A stretch of DNA of 24,123 nucleotides from a virus (taxonomy: Duplodnaviria; Caudoviricetes). Both the position numbers and the translations under genes were made by a program. The stretch's first letter is position 1; every line of letters starts with the position of its first letter. The notes beneath the pieces are model-generated. The model was not told where the DNA came from. It saw only the letters and a list, made by a program, of their open reading frames with translations, and ran no database searches. Shown here in pieces: positions 6,483-15,545 of the stretch. The stretch is taken from IMG/VR virus record IMGVR_UViG_3300044699_000011, positions 1-24,123 of that record; one strand, written 5' to 3'.

Positions 6483-8503
6483 AGTCGTTGGTCGCAACCG
6501 CACGCAACGCCATCGTCACCACCCCCATCCGGTACGTCTCCGAAACCCTCAAGTCCCCCCAACCCCCCGCGTCATCCGCGTCGGCGAACCTCAACGCCTA
6601 CGGACACGTCGGCACCCTGTTCGCCATCGTCGACCGCCTCGCCACCGGCTGTGCACAGGTCGACTGGAAACTGTGGAGAACCGCCAAGTCCGGTAAGGAA
6701 GAGGACCGGGTCCAAGTCACCCGACACGCCGCGCTCGACCTCTTGGATTCGCCGACCCCGTTCCACTCCCGTACCGAGCTCATCGAATCCGTGCAACAGC
6801 ACATCGACCTCACCGGGGAAGGCTGGCTGGTCCTGTCGCGCCCGGCCGGCAAGATGACACCGCCGATCAACATGTACTTCGTGCGACCGGATCGCATGGC
6901 ACCGATCCCGCACCCCACCAAGTACTTGGACGGGTACGTGTACTTCGGCCCCAACAACGAGAAGGTCTTCCTCGAGCTTGAGGAAGTCATCATGCTCCGC
7001 CGCCCCAACCCGCTCGATCAGTACCGGGGTATGGCACCGATCCAGTCGGTGATGACCGAGACCCAGTCGTACGAGTACGCGATGGCGTGGAACCGGAACT
7101 TTTTCCTCAACGACGCGTCACCCGGCGGGATCATCCAGGTTGACAAGCGGTTGTCAGACCCGGACTTTGAGAAGATGAAAGACCGGTGGCGCATGAGTCA
7201 CCAAGGCGTCGGCAACGCCCACCGGGTCGCGATCCTCGAGCAAGCGACCTGGCAGGAACGTGCGTTCAACCAGCGGGACATGCAGTTCGTCGAGCTCGGC
7301 GCGATGTCCAAGGCGTCGATCCGTGAGGCGTACGGGTTCCCCAAGTTCGCGCTCGGCGACGTCGACGACGTCAACCGTGCCACTGCGGAGGCATCGGATG
7401 TGATGCTGTCCCGGTGGCTGATCAATCCACGGCTCGAGCGGTGGAAGGGTGTCCTGAACCGGAAGCTGCTCCCGATGTTCGGCGCGACCGCGGAAGGGTT
7501 GGAATTCGATTTCGATGACCCGACCCCCCCTGACCTCACGGCGCAGATGGCCGAGTTGGAATCACGGGCCCGCGTCTACACGTCGTTGATCGGGCAGGGG
7601 GTCGACCCGACGGACGCGTCGGCCACCTCCGGGTTGCCGGTCATGACGGTCACGGCACCGATGCCGGCGCTTCCTTCGGCGCCGCCCCCTTTCCCCGGTA
7701 GCGCACACGCGCACACCCACCGTCACCGCCCACGCAACCAGGAGGACATCACCCCCGAGGAACAAGCGCGGCTGCATGCGCTCGAGACCGTCCAGCAGGA
7801 CTGGCGTCAGATCCTCGATCGGCTGATGGGTCAGTGGCGCGGGATCTCGGCGCAGACCCGTGAGGACATCTACGCGCAGATCGGTGCGGCGGTCGCATCC
7901 GGTGACCCCACCGCGTTGGCCGACCTCCAACTCGACGAAGGGGTCACCGCTGAGGGGCAAGCGTTGCTGGCCGCGGCGATGGTCGAGCTCGCCGAGATCG
8001 CATCGCAACGGGTCGTCGACGAAGCCGCCGACCAGGGGGTCAACATCGGCCCGGTCACCTTGTCGTCGGACCAGATCAACGATTGGGCCAAGGCGATCGC
8101 GATGAACCTGGGGAAGCGGCTCCTGTTGTCCGCCGGCCGCGAGGCGATCCGCCGCATGACTCCCAACTCCACTCCGCAGGAGGTCGTGCAGGGTGTCCGG
8201 GAACACCTCGAGGGACTGTCCGATCGGGATGAGCAGGACAACCTTGGTGGTGCGCTCACGAACGCACAGAACAGTGCGCGGATCGCGACGCTGCGCGCCG
8301 GGCCGAAGGCCGAGTACTACGCCGACGAGACGCTCGACGAGAACACCTGTGTGTACTGCGAAGAGGTGGACGGCAAGTGGCTGGGCGAGACGTTGGATGA
8401 GGTGGAGCGGTCGTACCCGAACGGCGGCTACGTGAACTGTCTGGGCCGGGAACGGTGCCGCGGGACAGTCATCGCCATCTGGCGACCGGAGACCACCAAC
8501 TAG
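6479..8503 (+). CDS. HK97-family portal protein fused to a C-terminal MuF-like head morphogenesis domain (674 aa)
   Basis: Portal motifs: HIDLTGEGW, RPDRM, RRPNPLDQYRGMAPIQ, WNRNFFLNDASPGGII, IREAYGFP. After a Pro/His linker the C-terminus has LDENTCVYCEEVDG...CLGRERCRG. Start is GTG 6479 with SD AAGGA. Confidence 0.92.
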   Translation: MKSLVATARNAIVTTPIRYVSETLKSPQPPASSASANLNAYGHVGTLFAIVDRLATGCAQVDWKLWRTAKSGKEEDRVQVTRHAALDLLDSPTPFHSRTELIESVQQHIDLTGEGWLVLSRPAGKMTPPINMYFVRPDRMAPIPHPTKYLDGYVYFGPNNEKVFLELEEVIMLRRPNPLDQYRGMAPIQSVMTETQSYEYAMAWNRNFFLNDASPGGIIQVDKRLSDPDFEKMKDRWRMSHQGVGNAHRVAILEQATWQERAFNQRDMQFVELGAMSKASIREAYGFPKFALGDVDDVNRATAEASDVMLSRWLINPRLERWKGVLNRKLLPMFGATAEGLEFDFDDPTPPDLTAQMAELESRARVYTSLIGQGVDPTDASATSGLPVMTVTAPMPALPSAPPPFPGSAHAHTHRHRPRNQEDITPEEQARLHALETVQQDWRQILDRLMGQWRGISAQTREDIYAQIGAAVASGDPTALADLQLDEGVTAEGQALLAAAMVELAEIASQRVVDEAADQGVNIGPVTLSSDQINDWAKAIAMNLGKRLLLSAGREAIRRMTPNSTPQEVVQGVREHLEGLSDRDEQDNLGGALTNAQNSARIATLRAGPKAEYYADETLDENTCVYCEEVDGKWLGETLDEVERSYPNGGYVNCLGRERCRGTVIAIWRPETTN

Positions 8504-8516
8504 ATAGCGCGCTACC
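8503..8516. promoter_or_regulatory. Quasi-palindromic operator-like site, copy 2 (GATAGCGCGCTACC)
   Basis: Its reverse complement GGTAGCGCGCTATC matches the other two copies at 12-13 of 14 positions. It lies right at the portal stop, upstream of a -10-like TACGTT (8556-8561). Confidence 0.65.
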
Positions 8517-8597
8517 GCTAGTGGCGGGATGCCACGTAGAGTGCTGCTCACGCTGTACGTTGTTCCACATCGTGACAACCACCGACAGCGAGGGACC

Positions 8598-9630
8598 GTG
8601 AACCCACCTCCCGACCGCACACACGCGCACCCCCCCAGGTCCCCCCGCAACAAGGCATCCACCGGGTTCAGGATCGTGAACCGCGCCGACACCGGCACCG
8701 GCACCACCTACGCAGACGTCTACCTCTACGACGAAATCTCCGACTGGGGCGTCACCGCCGGCATGTTCGTCGACGAGATCGGCCACCTCGACGTCGACGA
8801 GATCGACCTCCACATCAACTCGCCCGGCGGCAGTGCGTGGGACGGCATCGCCATCCACAACGCACTGATCAACCACCGTGCCGCGGTCAACGTCCACGTC
8901 GACGGGATGGCCGCATCCGCCGCATCCGTCGTCGCGATGGCCGGTGACACGATCACCATGTCCACCGGCGGACAGATGATGATCCACGACGCATGGGGCA
9001 CCTGCATCGGGAAACGCCGCCGAGATGCAGAAGATGTGCGAAGTACTGGACCACGAGTCGGACAACATCGCCGGCATCTACGCCGGCCGCGCCGGAGGCA
9101 CCGCCAAGCAGTGGCGGAAAGCCATGTTGGAGGAAACGTGGTACAACGCCGCCGAAGCTGTGGAAGCCGGACTGGCCGACAAGCAGGCGAGCAACAGCCG
9201 TGCCGCCGACCCCGCCGCGTCACTGGCAAGGTGGGACCTCAGCGTGTTCGGGTACCGGCACAACGGTCGCGATGCCGCCCCCGACCCGAACAGCGTGCCC
9301 GCCGTGCCGCGCGCCGTCGCCGCCGTCACCCCTCCCAACGTGACCGCCCCGGTGACTGACCCGCCTGCCCCACCCGAGCCGGAGCCCGCACCGCCACCGG
9401 ACGGTGAGGTCGTCATGTCCGGCTCGCCGGGCTCGCCGACCGCATCCGCCCACCCGAACCGAGATCGTGAGATCGAGTTCGCCCCCGGTCTGCTCACGTC
9501 GATCATCGAGAACGCCGCCATGGACGCACCGTGGCCCACCGACCCTCCCGCAACCGCGGAGGCACCCGACCTCACTGACGCTGAGCTCGGCGACGTCATC
9601 GCTACTTCCATACGAAAGGCATTCCAATGA
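8598..9630 (+). CDS. ClpP-type head maturation protease (apparent +1 indel near 9012)
   Basis: LHINSPGG, VDGMAASAASVVAMAGD, MMIHDAW, then in the next frame (GNAAE)MQKMCEVLD...EETWYNAAEAVEAGLAD. An extra A in GGGAAACGCC breaks GNAAEM. Pro-rich C-terminal tail; SD GAGGGA. Confidence 0.9.
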
Positions 9631-11034
9631 CCATCCCCGTGGCGTCCGCCGGCAAGACCAGCGACATCGCCGACATCACCATCCCCGACTCCCCGGCTGC
9701 GCTCGAGGAAATGCTCGGCGACTGGAAGCGGACCAAGCCGCTCGCCGAAGCCGGGCTACTCCCCGAGGCCATCGAGCGGTACGCGAAGACCGTCGTCGCC
9801 AAGGATGTCGAGATCGCGCGGCAGGTGCAGGAGGGGGTGCAGGCGGTCACGCACAAGTTCCTGCGCGAGCACGCTGAGGACGGTGTCGCTCCCCCGCGTC
9901 AACATCGGTCAGCCGGGCAACGGCCCCACCACGTCGGCCGCCGGGTCGCGTGAGGCTCGCAAGGCCGGGATCTACAACCCGCAGGCTCAGGGCGCCACGA
10001 TCGACAACCTGTTCAACGGAGCGGGCGAGTACTTCCATGCCATCTGGCACGGGAACAACAACCGGACGGCGGAGGTGCAGAACAAGGTCCGTCAGGTCAA
10101 GAACGCGTTCTCGTCCGACGTCCCCTCGGAAGGCGGGTTCCTCATCCCGGAGGTTCTGCGTTCCGAGCTCCTGACCGTCGCATTGGAGACGGCGATCGTG
10201 CGGCCGCGGGCCCGTGTGATCCCCATGGATTCGCTGCGGGTCCCGTTCCCCGCCGTCGACTCCACCACCAACGTCTCGTCGGTGTTCGGTGGGATCATCG
10301 CCTACTGGACGCAGGAAGCCGCCGCACTCCAAGACACGTCCGCGAAGTTCTCGCAGATCGTCCTCGACGCGAACAAGCTCACCGCCTACACGGAGGTGCC
10401 GAACGAGCTCATCGCCGACAGCATCATCTCGTTCGAGGCGTACATCAACCAGATCTTCCCCGAAGCGCTCGCGTTCTACGAGGACTACGCGTTCCTCAAG
10501 GGCAGCGGGGTCGGCGAACCCAAGGGCGTCCTCAACAGCAACGCCATGGTGTCGGTCGCGGCGGAGGCCGCGCAGCCCACCGCAACGATCGTGTGGGAGA
10601 ACATCGTCAAGGCGTACGCCCGGATGCTCCCCGGCTCCCTCAACCGGGCCGTGTGGATCGTGTCTCCGGACACGTTCCCCGAGCTCGCCACCATGGCGTT
10701 GTCCGTCGGGACGGGCGGGTCGGCGGTCTGGCTCCCCAACGGTGTCGGCGCACCCACCATGACCATCCTCGGACGCCCGGTCATCGTCTCGGAGAAGGCG
10801 TCCGTGCTCGGCACCGCCGGTGACATCGCGTTCGTCGACCTCGGGTTCTACCTGATCGGCGACCGCCAGACCATGTCCGCCACGAGCTCGATGCACTTCA
10901 AGTTCCAGAACGACGTCACCGCGTTCCGGATCATCGAGCGTGTCGACGGGCGCCCCTGGCTCGAGTCGGCCATCACGCCGAAGAACGGCGGGTCCGCGCT
11001 GTCCCCGTTCGTCCAGCTGGCCACCCGCCCCTGA
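9627..11034 (+). CDS. HK97-fold major capsid protein (apparent indel near 9890)
   Basis: The N-terminal delta/scaffold-like segment (9627 to about 9890) joins a frame containing SDVPSEGGFLIPE, YWTQEAA, NELIADS, AFLKGSGVGEPKG, TILGRPVIVSE and FRIIERVDGRPW. Confidence 0.93.
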
Positions 11035-11044
11035 CCCTGTTCTG

Positions 11045-11108
11045 ACCCTGCCGGCATTCAAACCCCGGCAGGGTTCAACCGGTCCCCGGCATTCAAACCC
11101 CAGGGGCC
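11045..11108 (+). promoter_or_regulatory. Tandem hairpins with an identical 10-nt loop CATTCAAACC
   Basis: Hairpin 1 is ACCCTGCCGG-loop-CCGGCAGGGT (11045-11074). Hairpin 2 is GGTCCCCGG-loop-CCAGGGGCC (11081-11108). The 16-mer CCGGCATTCAAACCCC is repeated exactly. Confidence 0.75.
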
Positions 11109-11126
11109 ACCACAAGAAAGGCAACC

Positions 11127-11546
11127 ATGCCAGACGGACTCGGATACCAATTCAACCTGCTCCCCACCGGCGACGGTGTCGAGGTCAACGTCAAGGACTG
11201 CGCCACCGTCACCTTCATCGGTGTCCTCGCGGGTGGTGACACGTACACGCTCCAGGAGTGCACCGACGCCGCCGGTACCGGCGCACAGAACCTCGCGTGC
11301 ATCACCCGCTACTACACGACGACCTCCGCCGCCGGCGCCGCCGTGTGGCTCCGGGTCAACCAGGCAGCCGCCGCCACCGTGGTCACGACCATCGCCGTGG
11401 TGGCGATCCCGGTCAATGTGGACGCGATGTCGGACGGGTTCACCTACCTGCGGATGACGTCCACCTCCACCGGGCTGGTCATCCCGATCCTGCACGACCT
11501 CAAGGTTCGGCGTGACCCGCGGAACCTGCCGGCTGTGGCGGTCTGA
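11127..11546 (+). CDS. Putative capsid decoration/cement protein (139 aa)
   Basis: Directly after the major capsid gene; SD GAAAGG; small, Thr/Ala/Val-rich and beta-like. Function inferred from position. Confidence 0.65.
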   Translation: MPDGLGYQFNLLPTGDGVEVNVKDCATVTFIGVLAGGDTYTLQECTDAAGTGAQNLACITRYYTTTSAAGAAVWLRVNQAAAATVVTTIAVVAIPVNVDAMSDGFTYLRMTSTSTGLVIPILHDLKVRRDPRNLPAVAV

Positions 11547-11548
11547 CC

Positions 11549-11998
11549 ATGACAGTCATGCTTGACCCCAACGGCTCCAGGCCGCTCATCCTGGGCAACC
11601 GGACCACCAAGTCCACAGGCACGCTCGCCGCCACCACCGTCCCGCTGTTCACCGTCGCCACCGGGGCCGTGTGGGTCACGTCGATCACCGGTCGGGTCAC
11701 CACCATCGTCACGGTGGCGAACGCCTACAAGTTGCAGCACAACCCGACGCTCGGCACCACCGTCGACATCTGCACCACGCTCGACATCGGCACCACCGAC
11801 TCCGTCGTGGGGGAGCAGTTCTCCGTGACGCTGCTCAAGGCGGACGCCATGGTGTTGGGTGCCGCCGCGACGAAGGCGCCCGGCATCGCGCTCCCGATCG
11901 GTCAGATCGAACACGTCTCGGCCGGCACGGACGGCGTGATCCTGTGGACGGTGACGTGGTGCCCGTTGGAGCAGGGCGCCACGCTGGTTGCTGCCTAG
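11549..11998 (+). CDS. Putative virion head structural protein (149 aa)
   Basis: Clean, Thr/Val/Gly-rich ORF co-oriented with and 2 nt after the previous gene; followed by a terminator region. Confidence 0.65.
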   Translation: MTVMLDPNGSRPLILGNRTTKSTGTLAATTVPLFTVATGAVWVTSITGRVTTIVTVANAYKLQHNPTLGTTVDICTTLDIGTTDSVVGEQFSVTLLKADAMVLGAAATKAPGIALPIGQIEHVSAGTDGVILWTVTWCPLEQGATLVAA

Positions 11999-12114
11999 CA
12001 GTTCGGGTTGGTGGGGTCGCAGGCAATGGGGCAGGCGACCCGACCCACCCCCTACCATTCACCACACCCGTGGTTCCTGCCCACCTTGCCGGTATCGGGA
12101 ACCTGTCGGGCGGA

Positions 12115-12149
12115 CGTCACCGCCGGTCCCCACCACCCCGGCGGTGACG
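12115..12149 (+). terminator. Terminator-like hairpin ending the capsid transcript
   Basis: Perfect 12-bp stem CGTCACCGCCGG/CCGGCGGTGACG. Further stems (GGGTCGC/GCGACCC, GGTTCC/GGAACC) occur in 12010-12105. Confidence 0.6.
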
Positions 12150-12185
12150 CCGCGCTCCCTCCCCGTCACGATGAACACGGTCACG

Positions 12186-12198
12186 TAGGGTAGGGAAC
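12186..12198 (+). promoter_or_regulatory. Putative -10 box (TAGGGT) of a leaderless promoter
   Basis: TAnnnT lies 7 nt before GTG 12199, just downstream of a terminator hairpin. Confidence 0.4.
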
Positions 12199-12792
12199 GT
12201 GTGGACATGCGACCCGTGTGGCGTCAAGTACCGGACATGGATGTCACGTTGCCACCGATGCCGCGGACCGCTCAACGACACCACCACCGGAGGAACCGCG
12301 ATGCCGAAGATCAGCAAGGACCAGGGACCCAGCTTCCCACCGCCAGCGGTCGAGCTCTACCCGGAGGCACCCGAACCCGCACAGCCCGAACCGGAGGACA
12401 TGGCCGACGGCAGTCTCGAGACGGTGCTTGACGAACAGGCATCGTTTCCGAAGCCGACAACGGGGATCGGTGGGACTGTCACGGGTGACGGTCACGTCAC
12501 CCCGTACCCCGATGACACGGATACGGACGCCAACCACGCCAACACCGGCGAGGACGGTGGGGACAGCACCGAAGAGCAGATGACCCTGCCGGCGCAGAAC
12601 GCCGTCAAGGCCGAGTGGGAGCAGGCGCTACTCGACGCCGGTGTGTCCGCCGACTGGCTCGGCCAGGACGAGAACGGCAGGTCGCGCAGCAAGGCGGACC
12701 TGATCGAGATCGGACACGGGCTCCGTGACGGCGAGCTCGAGGTCGTCGACGGCGAACCGGTGAACGTCGAATACCAGGAGTCCGAGGGCTGA
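12199..12792 (+). CDS. Hypothetical protein: N-terminal Zn ribbon, acidic linker, C-terminal helix-extension-helix (Rho-N/LEM-like) motif; possible second start at 12301
   Basis: CDPC...CHRC at the N-terminus; in-frame ATG 12301 with SD GGAGG; C-terminal PAQNAVKAEWEQAL...SKADLIE. Confidence 0.7.
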   Translation: MWTCDPCGVKYRTWMSRCHRCRGPLNDTTTGGTAMPKISKDQGPSFPPPAVELYPEAPEPAQPEPEDMADGSLETVLDEQASFPKPTTGIGGTVTGDGHVTPYPDDTDTDANHANTGEDGGDSTEEQMTLPAQNAVKAEWEQALLDAGVSADWLGQDENGRSRSKADLIEIGHGLRDGELEVVDGEPVNVEYQESEG

Positions 12793-12793
12793 C

Positions 12794-13354
12794 ATGCCGA
12801 AGACCTCAGTGACCGGCGGCTCGACGAACGCCGCCAACGGCGCCGCGATCCGCAAGCAACTCGTGTTCCCCGACCAGGACTCCACGTTCGACGGAGACGT
12901 CCGCATCACCGGCGGACTGACCGTCGTCGGGACATCCACGGTGGGTCCGGCGCCGTCCACTGAGATCGCCTACGCGCAGATCACCGCAGACCAGGCGTTC
13001 ACCGTCGATGCGTTGAACATCGACCTCGTGTCCGGTCTCGCCGTCACCGTCCCCGATCTCGCCGTCCCCGTGTACGTGCACGCGCTGATCAGCGCGAAGC
13101 ACTCGGCCACCTCCGCGGTCGTGAATGCGGTGCTGTGTAAGACCTCGCCGGCGCCGTCCACGATCCTGGATGCGCTCGCCATGGGGTTCGCGTGCTGCAC
13201 GACTATCGGGAATCAGGCGAACTGTGCCGTGGTCGCCCGGTTGGCTGCGCACTCCCCGTGCACCGTCCAGCTGTACGCCGCAGGCACCGCCGGCACGATG
13301 ACGGTGCTCGGCCAGACGTACGCACCTTCCAAGATTTGGGCAGTGACTGCCTGA
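12794..13354 (+). CDS. Hypothetical protein, possible head or tail fibre-like structural protein (186 aa)
   Basis: Clean ORF; FDGDVRITGGLTVVGT spacer followed by a beta-sandwich-like region; TGATG coupling to the hydrolase. Confidence 0.6.
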   Translation: MPKTSVTGGSTNAANGAAIRKQLVFPDQDSTFDGDVRITGGLTVVGTSTVGPAPSTEIAYAQITADQAFTVDALNIDLVSGLAVTVPDLAVPVYVHALISAKHSATSAVVNAVLCKTSPAPSTILDALAMGFACCTTIGNQANCAVVARLAAHSPCTVQLYAAGTAGTMTVLGQTYAPSKIWAVTA

Positions 13355-14090
13355 TGGCTGCCCGGTTCATGCGGACCGGCGGGTATTCACCGTCCGAGGA
13401 ACACGTCGAGATCATCGCGGCGAACTACGCGAACACGATGGCCGGCCGGGCGCTCATCTACTGCCACGGCGCGGGTATCAACAACGTGATCGACGGTGCC
13501 GACGCACGCGCCGACCTCGAGCGGTACGCCGATCGTGGCTACGTGGTGTGCGCGCCGCTACTGGCCGGCGCGTCATCGTGGGGGAACGCAGCGTCCGTGT
13601 CGGCGGTCGACGCGGTGCTCACCTACCTAGGCACCACGTACGGCGCCGACGTGACACGACCTCTGTTCATCGCCGACTCACACGGCGCGTCCATCGTCAT
13701 GAACTGGGCGGTACGGAACCCCACCCGGTTCGGTGGCGCCACCCTCCGGGTCCCTGCCATCTCGTTGCGGACCATGCACGACACGAACGCAGGGTGGGGT
13801 CGCCGCCGCGATGGAGACCGGCGTACACGAACTACGCCGGCCTCCTGGCCGCGTACGAGACCCGCGACCCGTGCAACCCGCTGTTCATGAACCTCGTGAT
13901 ATCGACGGGGATCAGGGACCGCATCCGGTTGATGTACAACCGGGCAGACACGATCGTTGTCGCCGCGGAGGTGGAACGGTTCGCCGCGTACACCCGGACG
14001 GAGATCGTCGAGATGACCGGCCCGTCACATGCGCCGTGGGGACTGTTCGACATCGGCGAACAACTCCGGTACCTCGAGAGCCACGTATGA
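13354..14090 (+). CDS. Alpha/beta-hydrolase (esterase-like), with two apparent +1 indels near 13793 and 13820
   Basis: ALIYCHGAG oxyanion motif, GYVVCAP, nucleophile elbow ADSHGA, then RADTIV (Asp) and GPSHAPW (His) in the downstream frame. Confidence 0.75.
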
Positions 14091-14275
14091 GCTGGGAGCA
14101 GTTGCGATCGATCCTGTCGACCGCACGGAAGGAACGGGCTACGGAGGACGCACGCGGCGCGGTCGCATGCTGGCTGTGCGGGGAACCGCTCACGATCCAC
14201 AACGGGGAACGGCGGTGCCGGTTCGACGGGTGGACACCGACCGGCGCGGGGAACGAACCGGAAGCGGCCGACTAG
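14087..14275 (+). CDS. Small Zn-finger phage protein (62 aa)
   Basis: MSWEQLRSILSTARKE...ACWLCGEPL...RCRFDGW; ATGA overlap. Confidence 0.72.
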   Translation: MSWEQLRSILSTARKERATEDARGAVACWLCGEPLTIHNGERRCRFDGWTPTGAGNEPEAAD

Positions 14276-15352
14276 ACCAACTGGCGGAGGATCGCCGCGG
14301 CAAGCACCGGCGGCACGGCGTTCCCGACCTGCATGAACTGCGATGACCGGGTGCCCTGCACCGGGTAGTCGGGGCGGAACGACTGCAACACCAACGCCTG
14401 CCACACATCCAGCGTGATCGTGTTCTCTGACCGGCCGATCATCTTCGTATTGTCGCGTCCGTCGTTGGCGATGTGCCCGCCTGGGGAGAACACCCGTGCG
14501 TCACCGCACAAACGTACGTAGCCGGTCGGGTGTGCGTCCACTGCCATTGCCCGCCACTTTTGGCGGTGATGGTAGGCGCGGGTACCTCTGCGGTGAGCGT
14601 CTGCGCGTCGTCGCGGGTGCCGCCGGGTTTCCAGTCACGACCAGTGTTCAGCTTCCACGCGCCACGCTCACGCTGACGCTGACGCATGGCCCGCGCGCGC
14701 CCGTTCCGCCGTCCAGCACGGACCCGACCGCACCCCGCCGGTTTGCGCGGGTAACCAGCGTGTTGCTCGGCGCTCGGTCAGTCCCCACCGAGCGCGTCAG
14801 CCATCGACACCCACGGCTTCACCGTCCCGAACAGACCAGGCTGGGGGTCGTGCCCATGTGTCGGCTCCGGTGGGTGGGCTGGCCGGTCAAGCGAGGCGAG
14901 CAGAAACGCACGTCGCCGGGTCTGCGGCACACCGAAGTCAGCGGCGTTCAGGACACCACACCACACGGAGTAGCCGTGTCGGCGGTAGAGCTCGGCGTGC
15001 TCATGCCAGATGTCGATGGCGGGCGGGACCTGTTCGCATGCGATCCAGCGGGGACGGACGGTCTCGACCCATGCGGGGACGGCGTCGACCAGCCATCCGG
15101 ACGTGCCCGCCCGTCCGGCTCCCTGTCCTGCGGCGCTGAAGTCGGGGCACGGTGGGGATGCGATCAGTCCCGCGGCGCCTCGGAACCGTTCGGCGGGGTA
15201 GGTGGCAACGTCGGCGCGGATCGTGGTGTGTCCAGCTGCCCTTAGCGGTGAGGCATTGCATCGCGGTCGTGTTCGATAACCGATGTCTGTCAGCCCGTGT
15301 GTGCGGAGTCCTTCGGACCAGCCGCGGGTCCGGCGAACAGGTCAACGATCAC
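14272..15352 (-). CDS. DNA (cytosine-5) methyltransferase, multiply frameshifted in this sequence
   Basis: Reconstructed across frames: MIVDLFAGP(G)GW (motif I), IGIEHD (II), LIASPPCPDFSAAG (IV), IACEQV (VI), LNAADFGVPQTRRRAF (VIII), PAPTIT in the variable region, LQSFRPDY (IX), QVGNAVPP (X). Start is GTG at 15352. Confidence 0.88.
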
Positions 15353-15545
15353 GCGTCGCCTTGGGTCCGCCGTTGCCCATGGCGCCGCATGACATGAACC
15401 ACCCGTCGGTGTCGTGGCAGTGGTACATGTGGTCTTCGTCCGGCTCGGTGACGGTGATGGCGCAGTACACGCACTTCATGGCCGGGTAGATCGGGACGGG
15501 CAACCCGTCGATGACCTTGTAGGTGGGTGAGGCGCTGATCTCCAT
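15342..15545 (-). CDS. Small Cys/His-rich hypothetical protein (67 aa)
   Basis: MEISASPTYKVIDGLPVPIYPAMKCVYCAITV...HMYHCH...SCG. It starts right after the promoter and overlaps the methyltransferase start. Confidence 0.65.
   Translation of the reverse strand: MEISASPTYKVIDGLPVPIYPAMKCVYCAITVTEPDEDHMYHCHDTDGWFMSCGAMGNGGPKATRDR

Noticed and set aside
6383-8597. ORF-track starts at 6383 (portal) and 8529 (protease)
   Set aside because: They overlap an upstream gene or regulatory region; GTG 6479 and GTG 8598 have SD sequences and fit better.
9005-9900. Programmed frameshifts in the protease (near 9012) or capsid gene (near 9890)
   Set aside because: The protease shift splits the catalytic domain, there is no in-phase slippery heptamer, and similar indels occur throughout. 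Sequencing error is simpler, although a separate scaffold ORF at 9627-9953 cannot be fully excluded.
11045-11108. tRNA fragment (TTCAAA resembling a T-loop) or mini-CRISPR
   Set aside because: No cloverleaf or acceptor stem, and only two 16-bp units 35 bp apart.
14496-15245. 249-aa + strand ORF
   Set aside because: It lies opposite the C5 methyltransferase, whose conserved motifs show the - strand is coding.
14272-15545. Complete restriction-modification system
   Set aside because: No endonuclease-like ORF lies next to either methyltransferase within the window.
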